Below are positions 23,300 through 34,036 of a stretch of DNA of 64,000 nucleotides, piece by piece (the first letter of the stretch is position 1; every line of letters begins with the position of its first letter). The translations under genes were made by a program, and so were the position numbers. Origin of the DNA: Piedraia hortae CBS 480.64 (Eukaryota); contig MU005957.1 of the NCBI GenBank assembly GCA_010093745.1, positions 310,001 through 374,000 on the forward strand, given 5' to 3'. The notes under the pieces were generated by a model. It worked only from the letters and a program-made list of their open reading frames with translations, searched no databases and was not told where the DNA came from.

Positions 23300-24936
23300 A
23301 GATTCGGGGGCCGTTGAAAACTTGCAGAGCGATCTTCAAATGTGACGAGATGAGAAAGGGCGAAAGACAAGAGGTCTGGAAGCATTGGTGTCGTCTAGGG
23401 CAAAGCTCTACATCATGGCAACCATTCGCCAGGGAATCGTAGAGGGATCGGAGTCGTTCCCATTACAGAGCAGATCGTGTGGGGTATTGATGTGCTTGTC
23501 AGAGTACCTACCCACATTGGTGTATTTCTGCAGGTGGGCCAAGAAGATGACGCAAGTATTACATCAGGCACGTGACCAAACTTCAGTACCTACAACTCAT
23601 ACTGTCTGAACTCGCAATGGCAAGCCAGATACAGGCACTCTTGGAGCGCTTGCTGCCCCTTCGTAGCCTCCTGATTTACGAACGCTATAGTATCAACTGC
23701 ACGGATATTTGCTCTCTGGCATTGCACGCGTATCTAGGCAGTAGCAAGCGAATGATACCGGCGGTGGAGCCGTTGTACCCACCGCTTTTACGCAAGATGT
23801 AGCGGGATCTAGGCGCTGGACATCCCCTTACGATTGAAGCAACAAACAAGCCAATGTATGGCCAGACGAGCCATAGAATCGTTACGCTTCGTTTACGAGC
23901 AAACCTTGAAAGGGCTGATGTCTCAACTAGGAGCCAGGCATATACTAACGTTGCAGGCAGCGCATGATCTAGGTGTACAATGCTGGCGCCGTGGCATGTT
24001 CGACGAAGCGCGAACCGCATACATGCAAGCTTTATAGTGAGGCGCAGAGTCCTAAGGGAGGAACATCTTTCAACACTGGAGACGCTACATCACTTGGGGC
24101 AGCTTCATCTGTCGAAAGGTCGCGAAAAGGACCTGTGGTATGCTAAGCGTGTACTAGAATTGACATTAAATTTGCGAGAGAAGATTTAGGGTTTATACAA
24201 TTCCGCAACCATCCAGACCGTAATCGATATGGGGGATACTCTTTTCTCGTTGGCGAGGAATCATGGTGGTGAACGACGCCAACGCTTGCTAAAAGCTGCC
24301 ATCGAAATGTGTGAAAGGGTCGCGGAACGAAAAGGTAAGCCTGGATGTACAGACGATGCATCAAAATGTGGCATTCTCAAGATTCTTGTGGAAGTTTACA
24401 ATGCCACTGGAATGAGAGAAGAAGCTGTTTCTGCCGCAGTTCGTGTTTTGGCTGTGGGCCAGGTGATATACCGTCGTCATGATAAACTGACTCTGAGCCG
24501 CCTAGAGAGTAACTTGGGGGAGTTATTTTGCGGGATGGGCCAATGGGCCAAGGCGAAGTCGGTTCTTGAAGAAACACCTCGAGGTATTGAGAATATGATA
24601 AAGATCGAAGGCAATGCGAAGGTGGACAGACGTGAGGATGAACCAAGAGCAGATAAGGAAGAAGAGTCCTACACGGCACGTGCTCCGCGGGACATTCTGG
24701 ATCGATTAGACTTGAAGGTGCTCACTTTGCAGCACGTTCAGGCCGCACACAAAGGGTTAGACAAGGATCTAAAGCATCGTATTTGGGAATATAAGATCAA
24801 TGCACTACAGGTCAGGAAACCAGCAAAGCAGTGTAAAAAGGGCCAAAGTATCACTGACGACGCCGTAGGTGGATTTCGTGAAATAGCGCGCAGACTACTA
24901 CATGACAGTCTACATCATACCACTTTGATTCCATGA
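23300..24936 (+). pseudogene. Degenerate TPR-repeat gene, copy B (inverted paralog of copy A)
   Basis: Consecutive ORF pieces in different frames (LGARHILTLQAAHDLG; RVLREEHLSTLETLHHLGQL; LESNLGELF) with internal TAG stops at 24035 and 24187. The 5' boundary is approximate. Confidence 0.72.
23987..24267. repeat. Right arm of the ~280 bp inverted repeat (partner 21068..21343)
   Basis: Same alignment; the ORF track also shows near-identical shadow peptides (SPTRKEYxPYRLRSGWLRN). Confidence 0.95.
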
Positions 24937-26383
24937 TAACAATGTCTGGGATGATCCCAAGTATCTGGTGATTCTTTGTCCATATGATTACGTGACTTTC
25001 TGGAGACCCTTGATGCTGAATCAAACTTTCGAGTACTTTGTACCCGTGAGCGTAATTGTATCATGTCAGCGAAGGTCAGATGTCCAGCTTCATGATCTCT
25101 TCGCATGACGATATTCGGCACGCCCGTGTGGTCGTCCTTTGCTCTATATGTTCTCGCTTGGCTTTGCGAAGCGCGAGAGCAGCAGGGAAGCGAGATGCAG
25201 TGCCTCTTCTCCACCTCGGGCATGAATGATCCGACACATCTGGATATGGACGCACCAGCGTCCAAAGTCTTGATATGCCTGGTCGCGCTAAGGGTCGCCC
25301 AAAGGCTTTCCGATCGCGGCTTCGTAAGCCGTAAAATCATGCCTGATATGTGCCAACATGGCGCCAACGACCTGGCTGGCGCCCTACACTAGCCTGGATT
25401 GACGCTTGCCGGCTTTCTTTGCCATGTGCTCGGCCGCTGCTCTGGAAATGCTCTTGCGCATGCCCGGGAGCATGGAGTCAGCCTTGCTGACAAACTCAAG
25501 TTTGAAATCTCTGCTTCCACATGGCTCAACAGCCTGGCGCTGTGTTTGAAGGCCCATTCGGTCGCGAAGATATGGCGTGATGCGGGTAGGGCTAGATGGT
25601 TGTGTGCCTGGCATACATGCGGTCGAGATGCTTTGTTCCGAACTTGAGATGTTTTTTTGTTGTTTTCTGCGGTTTGCAACCTGGCCTTGGACAGAGGCCA
25701 GCGCTCAGTTAGATAGACTCCTCCCATCAAGAGGATACATCGATGGTGATCTTATCATCTTCTTGTCTGTCTCATTGCCACACATTTCCCTCCTTCATCC
25801 CTCGAGCTCATTGCGTTGCTTAGTACATGGTAAGGGCAAGTGTGTGAGGTGGTTTCTGACAGGTGGTGCCAGAAGTTTGAAATACGCTGTCAGGTTCCGG
25901 CAGGCCACTGACAAAGGGTGTGAGCACGAGAGAGCAGAGTAGACTCTAAGAAGAAGGGGTCAAAAACGCCCGGAAATCATGGTGTGCTTGGGCCCCAAGA
26001 CGTGGGGCGGTTGTGCTTCCACAGGTGAGAGGGATTGACATAAGCATTACGTCAGGCACGTGATCCGACTTTAGTTTGCGAACGTAGGAGATCCTTAATA
26101 CAAGTTCCAACGCTTAGTTATCGCTCTACGTTAGCATACCGATTTCAACATGCGGCTCTTCCTGCTGCTGATATATCACGTGCTCTCGAGCAAGAAGGCC
26201 TATAGGTTGGATGAATAGCGACAATACCAATGATTACATGGAAGTCCGTTATATCATACCTATATATCCCACATATTGAACGTCGAATGTCATCGTAAGA
26301 CATCGAAATTACAGTCAGGCCAGCTGAGTAGTAGTACCTACAATACCAGTGTACAAAGACAGGGATCCAGGCCAACAGTTTGG

Positions 26384-27013
26384 TCACATCTGCCCTGTCC
26401 CGTTACAACTATGCATCCAACCATTATACTCCGGGAACAATGCGTTGTTCGCTGTGTCTCGTTCCGCCCACTCCTCTCCATCATCTGTGTATAAAGGGCC
26501 CACCATCCATTCTGGCAACCACGGCGGACAACTCTCGGCTCCATATGAAGGAAAGACAGAGGGGTCGAAGCCAGGGAAGATCTCATCACCGAACCCCACC
26601 GTTGGGCATGGAATTGGCTCAAGGCTTGGTCCAGTAGACAGTGGTGTTTCGGTCCAGATTGAAGGCGTTTCAGGCTCAAGGCTCTCAATGGGACTCGGGT
26701 CCATATCTGCAGTTCGCTGCAGGATCTCTTCAAGCTTGGCTGGAGTCAATGGCAGGAATATAGGCCCGAAATTTTCGAGCCCGTGCACTGCCTCTGGGAC
26801 ATAAGTCGACTCGGGGTCGGGGCCTTTTGGAACTTCTCCCAATCCAGGGCCCTGGCAGTTACCACCCTGTTTCCTCTGCTCAAGACATTCTTTAAGACCC
26901 CATCGTAGAATCCTGACATACTTCTCGAGCGTTTCGGCTTTCTTTTTTCGATCTGAGCGAAGTTTGGCTTGTGCATTGCGGTTGCGTAATCTGCGCTCCT
27001 CAGGCGTAAACAT
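26384..27013 (-). CDS. bZIP-like protein with basic region, short zipper and acidic/Pro-rich tail
   Basis: EERRLRNRNAQAKLRSDRKKKAETLEKYVRIL matches a fungal bZIP basic region (N-x-x-A-Q-x-x-x-R). ATG at 27013. Confidence 0.6.
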   Translation of the reverse strand: MFTPEERRLRNRNAQAKLRSDRKKKAETLEKYVRILRWGLKECLEQRKQGGNCQGPGLGEVPKGPDPESTYVPEAVHGLENFGPIFLPLTPAKLEEILQRTADMDPSPIESLEPETPSIWTETPLSTGPSLEPIPCPTVGFGDEIFPGFDPSVFPSYGAESCPPWLPEWMVGPLYTDDGEEWAERDTANNALFPEYNGWMHSCNGTGQM

Positions 27014-28095
27014 GCTTCTTCTGGCCTGCCTATGAGCTCTGACTGTTGGTGCTGCTGCTACACACAACACTCAGTTTGGGCCTGACTTAAAGGTGAGGGC
27101 AGTTGGGTATACCATTCCAATTGATCAACCTCTTCTTGGGAATACCCGAGGTAGACATGTTGACAGTTGAAAATGACTTTGTTGACAATGGATGGTGACT
27201 TGAATGTTTCTGAACGCTTCGACTTACTCCCGGACATACACAAGTGAACGAGCTGTGGGACAAACTGGACATGAGAGGATTTTTAAAGAACTACATAGCA
27301 CGCCTATCCACAAGAACATCGTCCACGGCAATGTCGCGCATACCGAGTGCTCAGCCTAGATGCGTTTTGCCTGTGGCTCAGCCCAGGTACACTCGGATCG
27401 TCCGAGTGACTACCCAGGCACCAGATCGCCGATCGAGTCGGATAGATCCGCTGTCTGGATGCAGGAACGAGACCCAATGGGTGGGCAGTTTCAGACCCAG
27501 CTAAGTTAAATTTGGAGAAGGCGGCCAATGATAATCGCACATGCATTCCCCTAGTGGATGCCTTTTCAGGCTGTGCCAGTAAACGTGGCTCATGCGAGTT
27601 CGCCTGTGACTAATCACGGGGGAATATTCAGCTGTAAACTTGGGGCAGTGGCTTTCTGCGCTGCTGGTTGGAGTTTGAGCCGTAGCACGTTCTCGAACAC
27701 CCGTTACAACGGCAATCATGATGCAATATTGCATGGAGCAGGATCATGAGTGGTTCAGTCATTGGAATTTCATGGCCCTGGTATTAGGAATCATCAGGGA
27801 CAGGCTATGCGCAGTCTTCCAAACCCGGGGGCTGTTTACGGAGCGTGTGGATGCTTATCAAGCGCGGGTCATGGGGTCACGACAACATGCACGCAAAGGT
27901 GGTGGTCGTCACAAGATACATGCGGGAGACGACTAAAATAGGTACAACGTGGACCTTCTGCACATTTGATTGGGCGTTGCATCCACAATCATAGAAGAAT
28001 ACGAAGCGCATGCGTCTGGACATAAACATGGAAACAATGCTTGTGAACGAGAAAGGAGTTCTAGATGCTTTCTCGAGCATGTTCAGAAGGCGTGT

Positions 28096-29247
28096 TTACC
28101 GCCAAGAAACGACGTCAGTTGGCTCATCCCATAGCTCCAAGGCTAACTTGCAGTCCAAAGCTTCACCACCGTTAGCGGGTGGGAGGCGCCACACGGTGAA
28201 GCCGAACCCGCTCATCTTCAAACTTGTGACAAATGGGCCCATGATGAGTCGGACAACCCCGTAGTTTCTGTGAGCCAATTCGGTGTTCGCCGACATCGCA
28301 AAGCGAGCCAACACCTCGTCTGAAGTACTGCCCAGTGAGTTTACCAACAGCACTACTCCTCCGTCAGCTCGCTTGTCCTTTGGCGCAGACGAAAAGGGTA
28401 TGAATGCACGATCTTGATCCGAGGTATCCAGTAGAAGATCTAGCATGCGAGAGATCAAGTCTTCGGGTGATGGTATTGGTGACAGTTGCTGCAGCCCAGG
28501 CTCACCGTGGGCACCCATTCCGAGTTCAATGGTGGCAGCTGGGAGCTTCTGAAGTTCGGTGATGGTGGCATTGGGCAGTGCAACGCTATGTTTTGATTCT
28601 CAGCCAAAGTGAGGTTCCCCATATAATTTCTCTTACCGATCAAAGGCCACACCAATCGTTCCAACGTTGGCCGCAACGTATTCCATAACCTCAGCCACCC
28701 GCTCTAGAGATTCCTTTCTCTGGGCCAAGGCACACGCACATTTGAGCGCAACCAAATGGCCAGACAAGCCGCGTCGTCCCACTTTACCACCTTTCTTTCG
28801 TCCTACAGCTACATCGTCTCCGACGGGGGTGAAATGAACACGATAACCGGCAGCCTGGGCATGTGTGATGGCAAGGCCTGCATTCAACATGTCGCCCGTG
28901 TAGTTCCCACAGACGACCAGTGTTCCATGGCCCTGGCTGCCGTCTGCGGGCTGACAGCGTTTGATGGCCTCGAAGATCTGGGCAGCTGTAGGCGAAGCAA
29001 ATATGTCTCCAGAGACATATGCCGATAAAAAATTATGTCCTACGAAGCCGCCGAACATTGGCTCATGTCCACCACCTGCAAAGGCCACAGTGGTGACATG
29101 ATCTTTGGCGAATTCAGCGATGTCTTGGCGCAAGACGATCTTGTATTCTGCATCGTATACAAGCGATGGTTTCAGTCGAGTGAGGCCTTCGAGGGCATCC
29201 GTGATGGCCTCGGCCGGTTCGTTGATCCAATGGAACGTTTCAGACAT
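28096..29247 (-). CDS. Dihydroxyacetone-kinase Dak1/DhaK domain-only protein; complement(join(28096..28585,28637..29247))
   Basis: GGGHEP, GDIFASP, NYTGDMLN, GDDVAV, GRRGLSG, IELGMGAHGEPG, LLVNSLGST and TSLKMSGF. One 51-nt GTAAGA..TAG intron in phase. Confidence 0.9.
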
Positions 29248-29463
29248 CCCTCCATCTTCGGGGAAGAAAGGCTGGATGGTACATGAACCCCCTCACGCGT
29301 GATGAGCGGAATCATGACGGGATTCCTAATGAAGTAAATCCGAAGAGCCGATGTGATTACTAGCATACATTACAGTTTTGTACCAATACAATTGCGACGA
29401 CGCCTCGCTCCAATCACCATCCAAAAAGAAGAAAGACGAACGGCAACGCCAAGAAGAAACAAA

Positions 29464-29836
29464 TTATTCCTGCTTTCGCCAGTTTGGCGCATCGCTCCGA
29501 CGCTGTGTCTGACCGGCATTTTGCTGTTGGGGAAACATTGGCTTCGGAACAGGCAGCTGTCCAAAAGCCTGTAACGCACGCTCGGCGGCGTCCTCGCGAG
29601 CATTGTGAACATACTGGCCATCGTACCAGTGACGGGCCTCGAAGAAGTGTGGGCCAACCTGCACGGTGCAGCTCCAAGCGGTGCGGCCGCCTCGTCTGTC
29701 GGACACAATCTGAAAGATGGGAGCCAGATATCCTGAAGCGCGGCAGAACTCTTGATCTCCCGTCAGCCCATTCCAATTCTTCCATCAATATCATCTTACC
29801 TGTCAGCATAACCTCTTTGGGGGACGCGTAATCCAT
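29464..29836 (-). CDS. Small (107 aa) conserved fungal protein with a dsRNA-binding-domain-like fold; complement(join(29464..29750,29800..29836))
   Basis: Spliced product MDYASPKEVMLTEFCRASGYLAPIFQIVSDRRGGRTAWSCTVQVG...NAREDAAERALQ fits the dsRBD alpha-beta-beta-beta-alpha pattern (L-x-E-x-C...P-x-F/Y...A-x-x-x-A-A-x-x-A-L). 49-nt GTAAGA..GCTGAC..AAG intron. Confidence 0.75.
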
Positions 29837-29914
29837 TCTGTCTGTGACAACGCTTGCGTAGGATAGTCAGAGGGAGAGTCTGCGAAAAAGGGAACAGAGC
29901 AAGAAGAGTGTTTG

Positions 29915-31040
29915 CTTGAAAGGAAGAGGGAGGATGATTGCTCTTATACCAACCAACCCCCAATGATCAGGCAACCATCCCAAGGGAAAGGGAAGGGAGG
30001 GTTGAACACACAACACACACGTTCACACTTTTCCCATACCCAGAACGTTTTCCTTATCCTCATTGCCGGGTTTGCTCAGCACCCCAAGATAACACTCCCG
30101 ACTCCGCGAAACCCCCGTCATACATATGAAATATTAAACCCATACGGCAGGTACCCGAGAGCCAACACGGGAGAAGATCGAAGAGAAAACAAGCACCGAA
30201 ACGTGATGTTTGCGATGCACACTCTTTTGTTCTTCCAACAAGAGAAAAAAAGTTGTTTGTCACCCGAGATGTGCAGGAACATCTTCCCACCATACGTTTT
30301 TTTACACAACGGAAACTTGTTTGTCTCCCGAAATCAAAGACGACACGAGGTTTTGTTTGTTCCTTTCGCTTCCCGCTAGGTAAGGAGGTAGGAAAGTAAG
30401 TCTCACACGGACATCACCCCATCATAGAATTCACTACTGCGAGCGAGAGAGGAGACATTCTGCTCACGCAACAGCAGCGTCAGCAAATCACGCAATTGTG
30501 GTTTGGTTGGGACCAACCGGGAATTTTGTTATCCCAGTTGGGTCGTTACACAACCAACGGCGGTCGTACGAACGGTTTGGGATCCCGACAAACAGAACCC
30601 TGTTTCACGTGTATGTCTTTTCGGGAATTTCCCGTTGGGTGACAAATGCGGTGAAAGCAAACTCCTTTCGAGTTTACTGCTTCGCTGTCTATTTCGTTCG
30701 TTTCTCTTTCCTCTTGTTTTCCTATTAGTTCTGCTTTAGGCTTCTCTTTCCACTGTTCGTGCTCTCTCTACTTGGTTTGTGGGTTCTTTCTTTTGCCACT
30801 GATCATTTCGCTTGGGTTTTGTGATTTTGTTTGTGTGGTTTCGTCTCGGGGGGAAGGAAGGCTTGATCACACCAACGTAAATGTGGTGTGTGTGTTCAAC
30901 TTTTTGCGAGACCTGTTCATGGCACGTGCTACAGAAAAGGCAAATGGTGTAAGGAAACAAGTGAGGTGGAATAAAGGTAGGAGGGACTCTTCCCACCATG
31001 AAGCTTGGACAGGTATCCTCTCCCTTCTCATTTCTGTTTT
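29915..31040 (+). ncRNA. Putative large structured non-coding RNA (candidate telomerase RNA; identity unproven)
   Basis: At least six nested long-range helices plus local hairpins. Non-Watson-Crick pairs are mostly G-T on the + strand. No credible ORF. Confidence 0.5.
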
Positions 31041-31153
31041 GTTTACCGACGAAATGATCACGTTCTGGTCGTACAAAGATTCTTCTCGAATATGCTCAAG
31101 ATTACTTTGGCCCATATCTTTTTGCCAACTGAGCTTCTTCCTCCGTCAGAGTG

Positions 31154-32854
31154 TCAGAATAGAAGCAACCACCCGCATGCCACGAGCATCAAGACGACGA
31201 CAGCTTTCCTGCAGTAAGTTACACGACTGACGGCAGAGGCTGCAGTGGCAGTGGTACTAGATGTAACGCTTTCGGTGCTGCTTGTCCCCGTGGTAGCAGG
31301 CGACTCGGTAGTGCTGGCGGCGGCCGTACTACTCTCAAAAGGACGGCCGTTGAGAGGTACCGCGGCGATGCCGGTAACCGTGCCAATTTTGCTTTGAGCC
31401 GTACTCACAAAGAAGCTCGCAGGCGTGTCCGTGCCCGGAGGTGCTATGCTATAAGTCTATCGTGTTGCCTTATTGCTCAGATGTTGGCTCGCTGCGCGCG
31501 CTACGCCGAAAGGTCCGACTTCGACAGTGGCAGTTTCCCTCCTCCCAGTGCTGTTCGTACGCGCTTGCGCTATGGATACTTGGCCTTTGTCGAGATCAAG
31601 ACGGTATACTGGCTTCGTATAATGGCCTCGCCTATTATTGAGGCGTAGTATGGACTGGTCAATTCGGGGATTATGAGGAGCTCGCACAGCGTGTCTGCGA
31701 TGTCGGGGTAAGGAATCGGTTGTTGCGTCTCGGTTTTGTTGACAGGAACGAGTATATAGCTCACGCATCGGAACGTTGGTTGTAGCTGCATTCGCAAAAG
31801 TGAAGGTTAAGCTGTCGTTTTGGTCTCGGGAGGGAGCAAGGGGCAGTAAGTTCGTCGTCAATGTAGAGAAAAAATCGGTTGAATGTACTCGAGGTAGTAG
31901 TGAACAGGTACATACCATGCAGCAGTGCCCACAGCCAGTAGGGCGGTCAGAGCATTAGTAGATGTATCATTGCTGTCTGTTATCTTGTCGAGTCCGCCCG
32001 AATAGAGCGTGGTGAAGTTGTCGCCGACCGTGATGCTGAGTCCAGTCAGAGTAATGTTGACGCTTTTGACTATGCTAGAGCCGACCTCTGGGTGTAGATT
32101 GAGCGTTGTCAATGGGCCTGTGTATTTTGATTTGTCGATTCCGCCAGAGAAGATAGAACCCGTTGATGCATCATCATTGAGATAACAGAAGTATAACCAG
32201 CTGTTGATGACGCCTGTATCCCGCAGAATTTCGGATAAGTTGGGATAAGAACCGCTTTAGGTCTCTATAGCTGAGTAACCGACGCCAAGTAAGTCCGTGA
32301 CGCTCAGTAGCTGGCTGCTCGTAATGTCCTCAGCTAGTCCAAATTACACATTATCGAGGCGCACATTACCAATTCCATCTGTATCTATGGCATAAGGACC
32401 TGTCAAAGGCGTTCGAACGATAGACGCGTTGAATGCCGGGGCTTGCTTAACCACACGGTAGGAGCTTGATTTGTCGGGGTCGAAAGAGCCGTCGCGACAC
32501 TTGATAGGTTCATCCTCTCCCTCGCAAATGGCAGATGACGAGTCAACAAAGTTCAAGTCAGAGGCTCCGGATGAAAGCACTAGTATCTGGTCCTGCGGGG
32601 GGTGATCCAACCGTAACGTTTACATAGTATGTACCACCCCTGGTCCAGGTTTAAGCAATGTACAATGTTGTTTCGAGCGTGTCTCGCTCTAGGAGGCCTT
32701 GATGGGATCAGCATTTGGCTAATCATTCCAAGATGGCTGATGGAACTTGGTTACCTTGAGTGATACGGGATTTTTGGAGCTGGTGGTTAAACCTCAAAAC
32801 GGGCAACTCAGGAAGGGCCAACACGCATACAGCAGATACGAAAGTTGGCTTCAT
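31154..32854 (-). pseudogene. Decayed secreted/GPI-anchored A1 aspartic protease (yapsin-like)
   Basis: Signal peptide MKPTFVSAVCVLAL, YYVNVTVGSPP, FDPDKSSSY, LLGVGY, YPNL and GGIDKSKYTGPLTTL, then an S/T-rich and hydrophobic C-terminus. Multiple stops and frameshifts; both DTG motifs are lost (LSSGAS, LAVGTA). Confidence 0.85.
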
Positions 32855-33069
32855 ATTGGTCAGGAAGGCGACGACGAGGGAAGTACCCCATTGTTGTTGA
32901 AGCCTTAGATCCCGCAAGAGCTAGCCGACAAAGGATAGAAAGTGGCGCATCAAATTTCAGCCTTGTTGCTCCCGCCCGGGGGCTCGGGTCGTCGTCATTG
33001 TGCTTGAACATGAACTGCCTTGTCCACACAGGTATCTATAATGAATCAAGCCAGTTCAGGCCGTCATGG

Positions 33070-33840
33070 CTATTTCAAAGTGCCAATGTGAACAACAAGA
33101 TCACCATGTCCTAAAAAACCTTCAGGCATCCTCCAAGTGTGAAAGAACCGGCTGAAACGCAGCAACCACGCCGCGAAGATGTCTTCTTGTCGAAGATGTT
33201 GAGCAATGATGCAAATAGCTGGCCGCAGACGACAGATATCCGTACAGGTTTGAACAAAAGGTGCAATGAGAGCCTCGTTGTAGATGCAATCACAGGCGAT
33301 TACAACATCGATACCTTGTCCCAAACCATGGGATCGTAGCTGTAACCCTATGTCGGTTTCCTCCCAGTCTAGGGGCATGACTTTGATGCTATCATAGCCT
33401 TCCACGTTGGCACGTAGTTGTTTGAGGGTATGAAACTGGTCAGTAGCGATGACTGTTTTCACAAACGGAGCCAAGACACGTGCCAACAACCCTGATGTAC
33501 CCGAACCGAGCTCCAACACTGTTGTTTGGCTGTTGAAAACGTTTGCCTCCCCTCTCAGTTCGCATCGTGGATCTGATATGGACTGGGCAAACGCAAGAGA
33601 GGTCCGCCACAACACTGCTCCAGTCGTGCCCTTTGATCCCTTTGACAGTAACGCACCAGGCGACTGCATGACCATGTAGTCTTTGTTCCCAATCGTGATA
33701 TCTAGCTCCTGGGCTCGTGGATTCACCATACCAAGGCCGGTCAGAGCCGATGCGCGAAAGAATAGAGAGAAAGTCTCTTCATCCACGTCGTCGACTTTGA
33801 GCCCCAACTGGTCTAGGAACCCTAAAGTATTCCCAGGCAT
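33070..33840 (-). CDS. RKM5: Methyltransf_16-family protein lysine methyltransferase (RKM5-like)
   Basis: QSPGALLS...GTTGAVLW, VLELGSGTSG, ATDQ, LDWE and VIACDCIYNEALIAPFV. ATG at 33840. Confidence 0.85.
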   Translation of the reverse strand: MPGNTLGFLDQLGLKVDDVDEETFSLFFRASALTGLGMVNPRAQELDITIGNKDYMVMQSPGALLSKGSKGTTGAVLWRTSLAFAQSISDPRCELRGEANVFNSQTTVLELGSGTSGLLARVLAPFVKTVIATDQFHTLKQLRANVEGYDSIKVMPLDWEETDIGLQLRSHGLGQGIDVVIACDCIYNEALIAPFVQTCTDICRLRPAICIIAQHLRQEDIFAAWLLRFSRFFHTWRMPEGFLGHGDLVVHIGTLK

Positions 33841-34036
33841 GATGGTGGGATGGCGCTCTGCAGAATTGAATTTGCCAAGGAAAGCATATGTGAAACACGT
33901 GTTTGACGAGCCTTCAAGTCTTGTATAGGATGAGCAACACAAACCATGAACGAGAGGCTTTCGCGGAGCATATACATGAACGGGCATAACCTATGTATCC
34001 CACCACCATCCTACCGGTCTGATTCATCATTCGTCA

